A stretch of DNA of 64,000 bases from assembly GCF_039654945.1 (NCBI RefSeq), contig NW_027361684.1, positions 39,928,001 through 39,992,000 on the forward strand. The letters run 5' to 3'. A program made the translations under genes and the position numbers. A model generated the notes under the pieces. The model was given only the letters and a program-made list of their open reading frames with translations, had not been told where the DNA came from and ran no database searches. This document shows positions 10,655-24,553 of this stretch, one piece after another. The stretch is from Dendrobates tinctorius. Lineage: Eukaryota. The first letter of the stretch is position 1, and each line of letters opens with the position of its first letter.

Positions 10655-11459
10655 GTAAGGTGAGGTCTGCACTGGGCACGGTGTCTGCATGTTACACGGG
10701 GAGCGGAACCATGTGAGCAGGCCACATCTGTCAGGGGGAGCTGAGCTGCTGAATGGAGGGGGGACAATATGACCTCCATATAACCCAACGGAGAGGTCAT
10801 GACATTTTACTGATTGTAACCCTTTATAACAACACTGACCGAGACCAAGCTGACTGCCCATTGTCTACACGGCAGCCTGCAGGAAGAGCTGCATACATCG
10901 ATCCCTGTGCACACAGCTCATACAGAGATTATTTTTCTCTTCAAAATAGCACACGGAGGAGTAGTCGCCTTCCGCACCATTGTGCATCCAGCTTTGGCTG
11001 TACCAACTCTGGAAGGGATGTCTGCTGTCTCCAGGTGTAACAGGACTCCTGGGGCCTGTCATTGGCAGCAACAGTCAGGTGACTAGAACAGCGCCTCCCT
11101 GGGTGAATCTCTGCTGAAGCGATCTTCTAGACTCACCTGACCGTCAGTGGTCACTCACAGACCTATGAGTAAGGACAAGAATGGTACAAAACGCCTAAGG
11201 TGCCACATGTCCTGGTTCTTCCTGTGGATTTTTGACCTTTATGTTTTTATGCTGTCTTGAATAAACTTTGAATTTTCATTAGACCCGGTGCTGAATCACA
11301 ATCCTCCATTTTGTTCCCTATTAAAAACATACGGCCAGTAGAAGGGACACGATAGGGGCGATATGTTTTACAGTGCGTACACAGTAATTGTGCCTTCACT
11401 TAAGCCGTTTAGTGGTCATAACCGTTTTATGGCTCCCATAGAGTATGTTGCCCTCCAAA

Positions 11460-11875
11460 ATGCCCACACACACAGTATGACAGTCCACATTAAATTCCCC
11501 AACCCATTTTGCCCCCACATGCTTTGCCCCAGTAAGGTATAATGCCCCTATAGTGCTTACAACATAGTATTATAGGGCTAGTGCCCTCAACACAGTATAT
11601 TACTCCAACCCCCCGTAACATAGTATGATGCTCCTACAGTGTACCCTCACAAGTTATGATGTTCCCACAGTTCACCCAAATATATTATGATGCCGCAACA
11701 GTGACCCTACCATAGTATGAAGCCCCCACAGTGTGATGTTCCCACTGTACCCTCACACAGAATGATGCCACCACAGACCCCCACAGTATAATATCACCAC
11801 AGTATGATGCCTCCATAGTGACCCACAAAACAGTATAATGCCCCCACAATGACCTCCACAGAGTATGATGCAAAA
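11460..11875. repeat. Degenerate about 28-bp minisatellite
   Basis: Recurrent CACAGTATGATGCCCCCA-like units. Confidence 0.75.
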
Positions 11876-12599
11876 AAAAAAATGCAAGTAACTTAGTGGG
11901 TGCAGAAATGCTGCAAAAAATCTGCAACATCAAAATACCTCAGTGATTGTAAGCCAAAACCAGGAGTGAGTGATAAATTCAGAAGTGGTGACGTGTCTCT
12001 ATTTTACTTTTCCTCTAATTGTTCCACTCATGGTTTTGGCTTACAAATACTGAGGTAAAAAACTCACCAAATAGTGAATGTGTGAATGTGACCTAAGGCT
12101 ACTATCCCACAATGAGCTTTTTGTTGAGGTTTTGATGTTGCAGATTTTCTGCACCATTTCTGCACCCACTAAGTAAAATAAGGTACTTGCATTTTTTTAA
12201 AATGCACAGCATCAAAAACTCACCAAAGGTACATTGTGGGAACGTAGCCTTAGGCCGCATGCACACATTCAGTATTTGGTGATGGTTTTACCTTAGTGTT
12301 TGTAAGCCAAAACCAGGAGTGGAACAATCAAAGGAAAAATGCGAGAGAAACTCGTCACCATTTCAGTATTTATCACCCATTCCTGGCTTACAAATACCGA
12401 ACATGGCCTTATGGAAATCTCATGCCCACGGGTAAAAACCAGATTTGCCATGTTCTGTCTCTCACTTGTTTTGAGAGCCTGTGACGTAACGTCTGACTTC
12501 CAGCCAGTCAGAAGTTGCAGTCACAAGATGGCAGTGGCACTGAATAAACCCAGCTGACATGGTGCTGTCATGGTCATGGAAAGCTCTGCAACAAATCTG

Positions 12600-12664
12600 A
12601 TACTGTAATACTGTAATTTCCTCCGGGATCAATAAAGTTTATCTAATCTAATCTAATCTAATAC
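12600..12664 (+). mobile_element. 3' tip of a Rex/Babar-like LINE
   Basis: GGGATCAATAAAGTTTTA followed by a (TCTAA)4 microsatellite tail. Confidence 0.5.
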
Positions 12665-12784
12665 ATGTGAATATACACTTAATGAGGTCTAACAGCAAAC
12701 CCCACATAGAGTGCTATTGTCTATATTTCCCACTGTACTCGCAGCTCTTCACCTTTGGTTGTCAATAACCAGAACTTGTCATAA

Positions 12785-13680
12785 TCAGTGACATTACTCT
12801 CTGGTGCTGATGTCATTTGCTGGTGCTGTGACATCACTGCCTGGTGCTAGTGATATTTTCTGGTGCTGTCACACTATTGCCTGGCACTGATGTCATTAGC
12901 TGGAGCTGTGATATAATTGTCTAGCTCTGATGTCTTTAGCTGGTTCTGTGACATCATTGTCTGGGTCTGATGTCATTTCCGGGTACTGTGACATCATTGT
13001 TTAGCTCTGATGTCATTAACTGGTGCTGTAATGTCATTTCCTTGTCTAGCTCTGATGTCTTTAGCTGGTGCTGTGACATCATTGTCTGGGTCTGATGTCA
13101 TTTCCGGGTACTGTGACATCATTGTTTAGCTCTGATGTCATTAACTGGTGCTGTGATGTCATTTCCTTGTCTAGCTCTGATGTCTTTAGCTGGTGCTGTG
13201 ACATCATTGTCTGGGTCTGATGTCATTTCTGGGTGCGGTGACATCATTGTTTAGTTCTGATGTCATTAACTGGTGCTGTGATGTCATTTCCTTGTCTAGC
13301 TCTGATTTCATTAGCTGGTGCTGTGACATCATTGTCTGGGTCTGATGTCATTAGCTGGTGCTGTGACATCATTGTCTGGGTCTGATGTCATTAGCTGGTG
13401 CTGTGACATCATTGTTTAGCTCTGATGTCATTAACTGGTGCTGTGATGTCATTTCCTTGTCTGGGTCTGATGTCATTAGCTGGTGCTGTGACATCATTGT
13501 CTGGGTCTGATGTCATTAGCTGGTGCTGTGACATTATTGTTTAGCTCTGATGTCATTAGCTGGTGCTGTGACATTATTTTCTATCTCTGATTTCATTAGC
13601 TGGTGCTGTGACATCATCGTCTAGCTCCAGGGATGTTTTCTGTTACTATTAAATCACATTGCTGTGACATCATATCCTGG
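12785..13680. repeat. Minisatellite with about 20/40-bp units and a 125-bp higher-order period
   Basis: GCTGGTGCTGTGACATCATTGTCTGGGTCTGATGTCATTA; blocks restart at 12946, 13071, 13196 and 13321. Confidence 0.93.
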
Positions 13681-16600
13681 TGCTGATTTAGTTTGCTGGG
13701 GCTTTGTCCTAACCTCTAGCAAACACTCCCATCCTGGCCTGGGCACCCAACGTGGTCACATTCACTCAATATTGTAATGACTAGATTGCAAACCTGACAG
13801 TGACTGCACAACATACAAAGAAACCAATATACAGACATTACACTTACATTCCTGCAAACAAGCCTACAAAGCTGTGCACAGCAATTGTTTTTAAAGGGCA
13901 TGTAAACATAAGTGAGGGCATGCAAACACTGTATTATGTGTGCTGTATTATGGCGCAACCTTCTGTATTGATTTGTTATTCTGTGCCAGGATGTAGCGTG
14001 TTCAAAGGTGCTGTACAATGTGTACTGAGCTCTGCGACAGACAGTCTCACTTCCTTTCCCGTCATCACCAGTATAGGTTCTGCTCTCCCCTAATCACTAA
14101 GGTATCTCTCATTAATCATGCTAATTTTAGAAGTGCGATAATTACTTTTTTTCAATGCACTCAGAACTCTCTGTGCTGGGATCCTGAGCAGATCAGTGCC
14201 CAGAGCTTGTTGACTGTTTTTTTTTCTTTCATTTATACTCACCCCAACTGTGCGAATTAAGGCCTGTATGGGCTTTTCCAACCAACATTAATTTTTGCAA
14301 TTCTTCTAAAATGTAAAAAAAAGGGTGTTATCGGGAGTGAGCATTCCCAAAAACACTTATTTTCCCATATTCATGCGATGTAAACAGGCTGCCGATCACC
14401 CAGCAAACAAGTAAGACTCCCGTTTTTTGGTGAAATTATCTTTTGCATAAAAGATTATTGTTCTTAGCAGTGCATCATCGTGTGTAAACAGGACATGTTC
14501 TGCCAAGAACAATGGCAGCCTATGCGCAGTGGACGAGTTATTACTGATTGTTCTGCCTGCAAGTAAATGAGTTCTGCCCGTCGAACGCAACATGTTGCAT
14601 TTTGTTGCGGTCTGCGCAGCGTCAAAACGATGCATGCGGAGGCATCCGCATACATTTGCATGGCCTGAGTACCCAGTGTTAAAGATAGGTACGCAGGACG
14701 CATGCCGACGTAGGCGGAGCTGAATGGAAGAGGTGCAGCAGTGGACGGGGCTTAACGGAGGAACTACGCAGGCCTCCTCAGCTCTGCCATATGCAAGTGT
14801 GAAACCAGCCTAAGCAGCTATTAAACTACTGACAATTAGCAAACAAGTAGTTTATCAGCATTCGTTTATTGCCGCAAGTCAGGTGACTAAAACCTCCCGT
14901 TACACGTAAAAATATCTGACCAATTTACGTCCAATCAAACCAAAATTGGGTGACTATTTGATCGGATTGAGTTCTGTTGTATCTATTAAAACAGAAATTT
15001 CAAATGCTTAAAAATTTGTCAAAGACAATGATGGTTGTGCATAAAGAGATCTCTGAAAGGCAACTCCATTATCAGGAATTGGAAGTTTTATTTTATGTCG
15101 AATACAATATATGAGGAAGACGAAAAGATCTGTTTATGTAAATGGCTAAAGTTACTTTTACTTATATTTTTCGGAAAAATCAGACCAATCTTACAGATGA
15201 TCTAATTGGCTTGAGTTAGGGTGCGTTCACACTGCACAACCTGTGACCGTTAAATGACTTCTGATCAGCTACATATTTGCCAGTTGGTAATTTATTAGCC
15301 TGTTTAGACGAGCCGATCCCTTCTGTGAACATAGACTCTCACTGTTCCCGGCGGCACATGTTTACACAGGACTAGGATTTTTAAGCAAGCTTACAAATCA
15401 TTTCACCCAATGAACAACTATTTAAATCTTTTGTCAGTGACTGACAGCCTGTTTACATGGGACTATTATTGGGAAACGGGTGCTTACAAATGCTTGTTCA
15501 GGGTAACCGGCCATTGTTATGTGCACCGTTAAAACCGCCATATGTACACAATAGACTAACATTGTCCAGTCTCACCGGTACCTGCTGACTTGACTGACAA
15601 TCTAAAGTTCACGGAGACCTTCTGACTCTCCACAGCAGATGATGTTGTGGAATATAAAGATCTGGCATGTCTGGTTTTGGACCAGCAATCCCATTGTTTT
15701 CGGGGGGAGATAAACTGCCAAAGAAGTAGTCTGCCAGCAGCTCTCATAGAGAACATAAAGCTAGCTGAACGCTGGGACCATCCTTCGGCCTACAGCTGTC
15801 TGTTGTGTATAGGGTCCCCTACACAAGAACAGATTTTTTTCGTCTGTTCAGATTGTCCTAGAAGTAAACCTTCTTGCTTGTCAGCTGTCTTTCAAATATC
15901 TGCTTACATGTTGCAATTGTTATCTTTGGCAGACAGGTTTTTAAGCACACCACATGAATTTTATGGCAGGTAAGGCACACTCGAATCAGATCAATTGGTC
16001 ATTTACACAGACCAATTTTGATCTGATTGAACATAAATTGGACAGACTTTTGTACAAGTAAAGACAACACAACTCAGACTAATTTCATCATCTGTAAAAT
16101 TGGCCTAATTTGACAGAAATCTGTGTTTGTAAGGCTGGCTATACACATTAAATGGCTGCTGGCCGAAAGATGCTTCTGCCGATCGTCTGGCTGACAGCAA
16201 TCTCAGGCGAAATTCCCATACACAGGAGTGCTCGCTCGTCTATGCGCCCCTGTGTTCTCTATGGGTAAGCCATTGTCGTGACATAAGACATATGTTATCG
16301 AGATCTCTCCCAACCATCAGTCAGCCAGTGTCCCCAAACATATTAGATTGTCGTACCCTAAATGCTGCCTAATCTGTACCTCCAAACAAACCATGTGTGT
16401 GATAAGCCAGGTCCCCATAGCAAACTATTGAATCGGCCACCCTCTCCTCCCCCACGATTATCACCTCCTGGTACCCCTGTTGTGAAGCCAATATTCTGGC
16501 TAATTCACCCATGAGGCATCAATCCACTTTGACAGCACCTCTGCATGTATAGGGAGGCAGCACTGCAGGGGGTCCCAGTGGTGATGAGTGGGGGGGTGGA

Positions 16601-16877
16601 TGTAAAAGCAGGTGGCAGAGCAGGCAGCACTGCTGTAGAGCCCCATAGTGACATGTGAACACTTGCACTTCTTGCCTGCCCAGCATCCTGGTTCCCCCTG
16701 AGATCTCGGGCAGCTATGTCTATAGTCCACCCTTGTATGTTACTTATCGCAATCCTGCAGTCTTGTGTTGTTTTGCTTTGACACTTTTACAGTCCACTTA
16801 GGCATTTAATGTCCCTTTCATAGCACATGAAGATGAAGTTCTTGTATACAATGTGTTTTATGTTACTCTATTTGCAG

Positions 16878-17496
16878 AGATCGCATTGCACGTGTTGGAT
16901 TGGGCGTTATCTTAAACATTTCAAAAGAAAGAGATGACCCAAGACTTGCCCGACACCTCTCCGGCGTCCTTGAGCACATGTTCAAACACTCCGAAGAAAC
17001 CTGCAAAGAGCTGATAAATGATGGGGGTCTGGACTCAATCCTTTTTTGGTGTCGATGGACTGATCCAGTAGTGCTGAGACATTGTGCTATGGCTCTGGCC
17101 AACTGTGCTATGTATGGTGGACCTTCTAATCAGAGGCTGATGACTGAGAGAAAGACGGCTGAGTGGTTGTTCCCTTTAGTGTTCTCAAAAGAAGATGAGC
17201 AGATTCGTTTTCACGCTTGTCTGGCAATCACCGTATTAGCAACGAACAAAGAAATTGAGAAGGAGGTAGAAAGGTCTGGCACACTGGCATTGGTTGAACC
17301 CTTTATTTCTTCCTTGGATCCTGAGGAGTATGCCCATTGTATTCTGAGCAATAGTGATAACACACAAGGAAGGACGGCTGGCGACCTTCAGCGTCTGGTG
17401 CCACTGCTGGACAGCACACGGCTGGAAGCTCAGTGCATTGCTGCCTTCTACTTATGTGTCGAAGCTGCTATTAAATCCCAGCACAAGAATACAAAG
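16878..17496 (+). CDS. SARM1: SARM1 coding exon 2 (ARM domain, NMN/NAD+ allosteric pocket)
   Basis: tttgcAG|A GAT CGC; [13 protein letters not shown]...[12 protein letters not shown]...[13 protein letters not shown]...SDNTQGR...[12 protein letters not shown]; donor AAG|GTGAAT; 619 bp. Confidence 0.97.
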
Positions 17497-19227
17497 GTGA
17501 ATTTAGTTTATGTTTACCAGAACCATTGAATCAATGATACCAAGAGTTACATAAAAGTAATGCAGATAAAGCCCCCATACAAATTAGCTGGCCGAACCCG
17601 TTGATATCGTTGGGTTCTGCTTACAGACAATTCTGGATGATAATTGTTGAGTGAGATAAGATCCGTCATTTTGGGGTCCTACTTTGACAACCCCTACTAA
17701 TCACTACAATGGCAGTTGAGCGTGCGAGGTGATGCACCATTTCAAATACAAAGGCCACCAAACGCTGGGCACTGCTGTCTTGTCAGGGTCACAAACCTTT
17801 AAAATAAAGTGGTGGGGCGCATCGCGCATGCTCAACCTCAGCTCCGTTCAAAGAGAAGGAACCAAGGCTCAGCATCAGCAATCAGACATTTATCAGCTAT
17901 CCTGGTTGTAGTTTTTACTGATCTCCTACCTACATGTTTAGAAAACCTCCTCACTGCTCATCTGACTAAGTAATAAATGGAAAAAAATTAAATAATCCCT
18001 GCAGTGGATTACACATGGGCAGCTCACAGACCAAAAATACGCTTGTCTGAACCCAGCCTAAAAGTTGTCCAATCGTCTTAGATAGCTTTTGATTGACAGC
18101 TTGTTTGGCTAACATGTACTACTTCCGAACGCCCCGTAAACGTGCATGCTTGGGTTGAGCAAGTGTTCGTGTGTTTTCAAAGGGTGCAGGAGGGAAAATT
18201 CTTACATACACATTAGACTAAAGTCAGCCGAAACCGCTGATATCAATGGGCCAGTTTAATGAGTTTAATGTGTATGGGAATCCGACCTTTGGAATTTTAA
18301 CGGCTGATTTTGTTCCTGTGGGAATAGCCTGCTGAAAGAGGAGTCTGGCCATGACTTTCATAGAGAACAATGGAGACTGCGTGAGGGGGAGTCAATCGTT
18401 TGGCTGACAACTTTCTAGTATATATGGGGGCCTTAAAATTAACCTGTCACAAAAACGCTATTAACCTGCAGATATGGGGTTAATCTGCAGGTTAATGGCA
18501 TTCTTAACCTGCTCGGGGAGAAAATTAACTTTATTCCCCCGACATCGTTCGGGTTTCAGTCATGTGGGTTCAGACACCACTCTGAGTCACCGCTGACTAT
18601 ACAGAGCGGTGGCTGTAACCGCACCTCCGGCTGTAAGTCAGGCTAAGTTCACACTTGCATATGGCTGCTCTGCGGATGGCTGCGTATGTCCTCCCTTAAG
18701 CTCTGCCTACGCTCTGACTACTTCTGCATGCGTCCTGCATTGTCCTGCATACCGATCTTTAACATTGGGTACCCAGGGACATGCGTTGTATGCGGATGCG
18801 TCCGCATGCGGCATTTTGACGTGCCCGCTGACCGCACAGACATGCAACATGTTTGACAGCACCAGCAAAGTCTATGAGATTGTAGAAATCTCATGCACAC
18901 AGTTTGTTTTTTTTTGTCCTCAGTATTTTGTGCAATACCATGGTTTTTGCAAAATGCAGCATATCACTTCTTTCAGCGTTTTTTCACCCATAGAAAGCAA
19001 TCGCTAACTGCAAAATCGCAGCAAAAAACGCAGGTATCACATTTTGCGGTGTTTTTAGTGAAAAAAAGCAGGTACAGCAGTATGTGAAACCCATTTATTT
19101 TAGTGATTTTTCTTAACTTTAAATCATAATATCTTGATGTTCATGTCAGATGAGACTGGCAGTTTAGGATTAGTACAATTTAATAGGATTAGTACAGTTT
19201 AATTAAATTAGAATAGTGTACAAAGTA

Positions 19228-20862
<1,635 letters not shown>

Positions 20863-20965
20863 TATACATTGGCTGATCAAGGTGTGAAATTGAACAATGC
20901 CTGTGGCCAACCAAAGTGTGAAAGTAAACAGTGTCCTACAAACTCCATTCCCTGTCAGTGTCTTA

Positions 20966-21360
20966 AGGCCCCTTTACATTTAGCGATGCACCAGCGATCC
21001 GACCACGATACGACCCGGTCAGGATCGCTGGTGCATCGCTAAATGGTCGCTAGTGAACTGCCAAACAGGCAGATCTCTCCAGCGATGTAGCGGCGCAGCA
21101 GCGGTCGTTACTTACCTTTCACACGCAGCGATGTTGACGTCCTCCCGCCCGCGTCCACGCGTCGCTCGTCGGCGCCAGCATGAAGCGCCCGACGAGAAAT
21201 GGACCCGGCCGATCTCGCGCGATCAGCGACAGACAGTGGGGGAGCCGGTCAGAGGTAAGTATCACACATAGCGATATCGCTAGCAATATCGCTGCTGCGT
21301 CAAAAAATCGGTGACGCTTTAGTGATATTGCTAGCGATATCGCTATGTGTAAAACCCCCT
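20966..21360. mobile_element. Family A MITE
   Basis: TTA TSD on both sides; AGGCCCCTTTACA...TGTAAAACCCCCT. Confidence 0.88.
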
Positions 21361-21733
21361 TTAGGTAAACTATTCCTGACCAATTCACCTTGCCCTACTG
21401 TTATATTTTCCAAAAATGGTTTTGGGTTTCACATATGTCTTGCATTGGTGACCTGTGTCCTTGCTTCTGTGGTGGAAGCAAAGCTGCATTTTGAGATCCT
21501 GAAAAACACAGCAAAACCTACTTTTTGTAAGCAGCTTCTTTAGTGCCAAGAGAGCAAGTTTTCCTGCAGAAAAAAAAAATGCAGCAAAAACACGTGTGAA
21601 CATAGCCTTAGAAATTATAACTTGTTAAAATTAAATAATAATCAAAAATGTGAATAACACAATGTAATGTGCAATTATTTCCTTAGAAACTAATAGCCGT
21701 GGTCCACACTGGATTTATTGTCTCACTTTTTAG

Positions 21734-21946
21734 ATATTCAGTGAAATTGGAGCAGCACAAAGCTTAAGGCGAATCGTATGCTACTCTGTTGATTGTACCG
21801 TTTCCACCTTGGCCAAAAAAGCCCTCCAGATGATTGGTGAAGAGGTCCCTTCTCGCATTGCACGTTCCGTACCCAACTGGAAACCATTGGAAGTACAACA
21901 CTGGCTGCAGCAGATTGGCTTCAACAAGTTTTCACAGACATTTTTA
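21734..21946 (+). CDS. SARM1: SARM1 coding exon 3 (end of ARM, start of SAM1)
   Basis: ttttAG|ATA; [18 protein letters not shown]...[26 protein letters not shown]; donor TTA|GTAAGT; 213 bp. Confidence 0.96.
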
Positions 21947-22026
21947 GTAAGTTGTGGGAATATAACAGATATACTTGTACTTTATGTAGAAAAGTTTTTA
22001 ACTAACATTGTGCTTGGTGACAACAG

Positions 22027-22118
22027 GACCATCAGATTGATGGTGATCTACTTCTGAGGTTAAGTGAAATAGATCTAAGAGAAGACTTGGGCATGACCTC
22101 CAGTATCACGCGCAAGAG
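22027..22118 (+). CDS. SARM1: SARM1 coding exon 4 (SAM1)
   Basis: caacAG|GAC; [31 protein letters not shown]; donor AG|GTGAGT; 92 bp; preceded by an 80-bp intron. Confidence 0.96.
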
Positions 22119-22209
22119 GTGAGTGTCCGGCCGGCTGCATCCATCACCTCTATCATATGTTGTCTTTTGGTGTAAATGAGGAGACCACACTATAAAAAGC
22201 CAGAATTAT

Positions 22210-22460
22210 CAGGAAGAGTGCTTCCAGCATCTTATAAAATGTGAAACTTTATACAAAAACAATAAAATGGATTCCATATTACTCAAGGGAAAAAAATGGG
22301 ATATGCTGAAATTCAGCTCACACAAAGAACGCCAGAGTGCATTTGAAACGCGCTGCAGTTTTTTCCCGCGAGTAACAGGGAATCCATTTTTTTAAAATTT
22401 TTGCCTAGATAACATGTCACATTTTATAAGAAGCTGGAGTCACTCTTCTTGATTCTTTTG
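22210..22460. repeat. Decayed fold-back insert (Penelope-like)
   Basis: ATCAGGAAGAGTGCTTCCAGCATCTTATAAAATGTGA is inverted as TCACATTTTATAAGAAGCTGGAGTCACTCTTCTTGAT; GAAACGCG lies in the loop. Confidence 0.55.
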
Positions 22461-22908
22461 GATACTTACCTGTTTGGTCAGAACGGAGTTGTGTGCCCCT
22501 GCATGCCTCGAGCGTCTATGGTGAGATGCCTTAAATTATCCTTCTTGTTATTCACCATAGAAAAGCAGCTGCTTCTGCGTCGTTCAGGCCCCATAACTAC
22601 AGTCAATACCACTGACTCTTCAGAAAATGACTTAAAAATCTTAGATTGCAAACTACCGTACCGTACTTTAGAGAACTAACTATCGTACATCGTGATAGAG
22701 AAAGGGAATCTGTCACTAGGTTTTTGCCAACAAATCTGAGAGATTATCGCTAGAGGATTATTAAAACTGCTGCCATATAATCCTCCATGTTCATGAGCTG
22801 TATATAACCCACCTCTGATTGGCAGCATTCTGCCTATGCACAGTGAACACAGAAAGCTACCAATCAGTCGGTTATAAAGAGCTCAGCATTCAGAGAACTG
22901 GTAGATAA

Positions 22909-23366
22909 GGCTGGTTTCACATTTGCGTTAAAACAACGCTGCGCCCTGCGTCGTTAAGCCCCGCCCCGAGCCGGCTCCCTGCCCGCCCCATCCGGGATCA
23001 CCGCCTACTTTCGCATTTGCACGCATGCGATCGGCGCACCCTATCTTTAGCATAGGGTGCGCAGATCATGCGCTGCCAGTGTGAAAGTAGCATGCTGCGC
23101 ACTTTTGACGGTGCGCCGTGCGCGCCGAAATGCAACATGCTGCATTTCGGCGCGCACGGCGCACCGTCAAAAGTGCGCAGCACACTACTTTCACACTGGC
23201 AGCGCATGATCTGCGCACCCTATGCTAAAGATAGGGTGCGCCGATCGCATGCGTGCAAATGCGAAAGTAGGCGGTGATCCCGGATGGGGCGGGCAGGGAG
23301 CCGGCTCGGGGCGGGGCTTAACGACGCAGGGCGCAGCGTTGTTTTAACGCAAATGTGAAACCAGCC
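22909..23366. mobile_element. Fully palindromic Harbinger-type MITE, family C
   Basis: 229-bp arms, no spacer, centre CA|TG at 23137/23138, about 3 mismatches; TAA TSD; near-identical ORFs on both strands. Confidence 0.93.
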
Positions 23367-23898
23367 TAAGTGGCACAACGCTGCACCTAGGATCTCTGCC
23401 CTTCCGCCATGCTGCTCTTGTCCTACATTACGCAGACGATGTACTCACTTTGATCGGTGTCTGTGTTATGCCTTGTTTTTCCTGTGGTAGAGCTGCAAGA
23501 TGAACTGACCACTTGCTGCCACATTTGCCCAGAGACTATAGCTGATTACTAGGGGTCCCATTTGTGAATAGCTTCTCGTCAATGGACTCTTGTAACAAGT
23601 ACACAAAAAATTAGCTTTTTGGTCAAAGATGGCTATATGTCTTTTTTTCAACTGAACTATGTAACAGCTATTTTACTCAATCTCGTACACATACAAGCTT
23701 TATTTATATGTCTTCTCAGTTGTGAGGGGACTGTGGGCTGTAGCTTATATACTTTGATATCAAAGGATTGGACATGCTGACATTTTGGTGCCCGATCCCG
23801 TTCTCCCCACCACCGGCTGAATGAACTTTTGAGACTTATGTATGAAACGCTGAAATCCCGTTCCTTACCTTTTTTTTTTTTTTTTTTTTTTTTTATAG

Positions 23899-24134
23899 AT
23901 TTCTGAGGGAGCTGGTAGAGCTAAAAACATATGCCAACTACTCGACGTGTGATCGCAGTAACCTGGCCGATTGGCTCGGCAGTGTGGAGCCCCGCTTCAG
24001 GCAGTATACTTACAATCTGGTCACTTGTGGCATCGATCGCAATTTCCTTCATCACGTGACGGAGCAGCAGCTCGAGGAGGATTGTCACATCACAACGGGC
24101 TTTCACCGTGTCCGTATTCTCACAGCAGCCAGAG
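23899..24134 (+). CDS. SARM1: SARM1 coding exon 5 (SAM2)
   Basis: poly-T tract atAG|A; [38 protein letters not shown]...[10 protein letters not shown]; donor G|GTGAGT; 236 bp. Confidence 0.96.
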
Positions 24135-24320
24135 GTGAGTTCTTCACCAGCCGCTATGTTTATACTATAATATTCATTGATATCATCTTTATTTATTGCT
24201 CATAAACTGTATTTTTTTAATAAGTTTAGCACAGAGATTGGCATCCCCAGCCATCCTAATCAAGGAGTGTCTTGATATTTACATGCCAAAAGGGTCGCCT
24301 GTTTCAGCAGTAAATAGAAA

Positions 24321-24553
24321 TATTTATTTATTTTACTCACTTATACAGCACCTTTAATTCTGTAGCGCTTTACAGACATTATCATTGCTGTCCCCATTGG
24401 GGTTCACAATCTAAATTCCCTATCAGTATGTCTTTGGAGTGTGGGGGAAAACCAGAAAAAAACCCACACAACTCCATTCAGATGTTGTCCTTGGTCGGAT
24501 TTGAACCCAGGTCCCCAGGCTGCAGTGCTAACCACTGAGCCACCATGCTGCCC
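24321..24553 (-). mobile_element. tRNA-derived SINE of the same family
   Basis: Reverse complement of GGGCAGCATGGTGGCTCAGTGGTTAGCAC...GGTTCAAATCC; (TAAA)n tail; AAATAGAA repeated at 24312 and 24554 (TSD). Confidence 0.88.

Noticed and set aside
16560-16740. Possible alternative coding first exon upstream of SARM1 exon 2 (GTATGT at 16735)
   Set aside because: Nearby ATGs stop immediately or join exon 2 in the wrong phase, creating TAG.
22998-23277. Twin 69-aa ORFs on opposite strands
   Set aside because: A direct consequence of the palindromic MITE.
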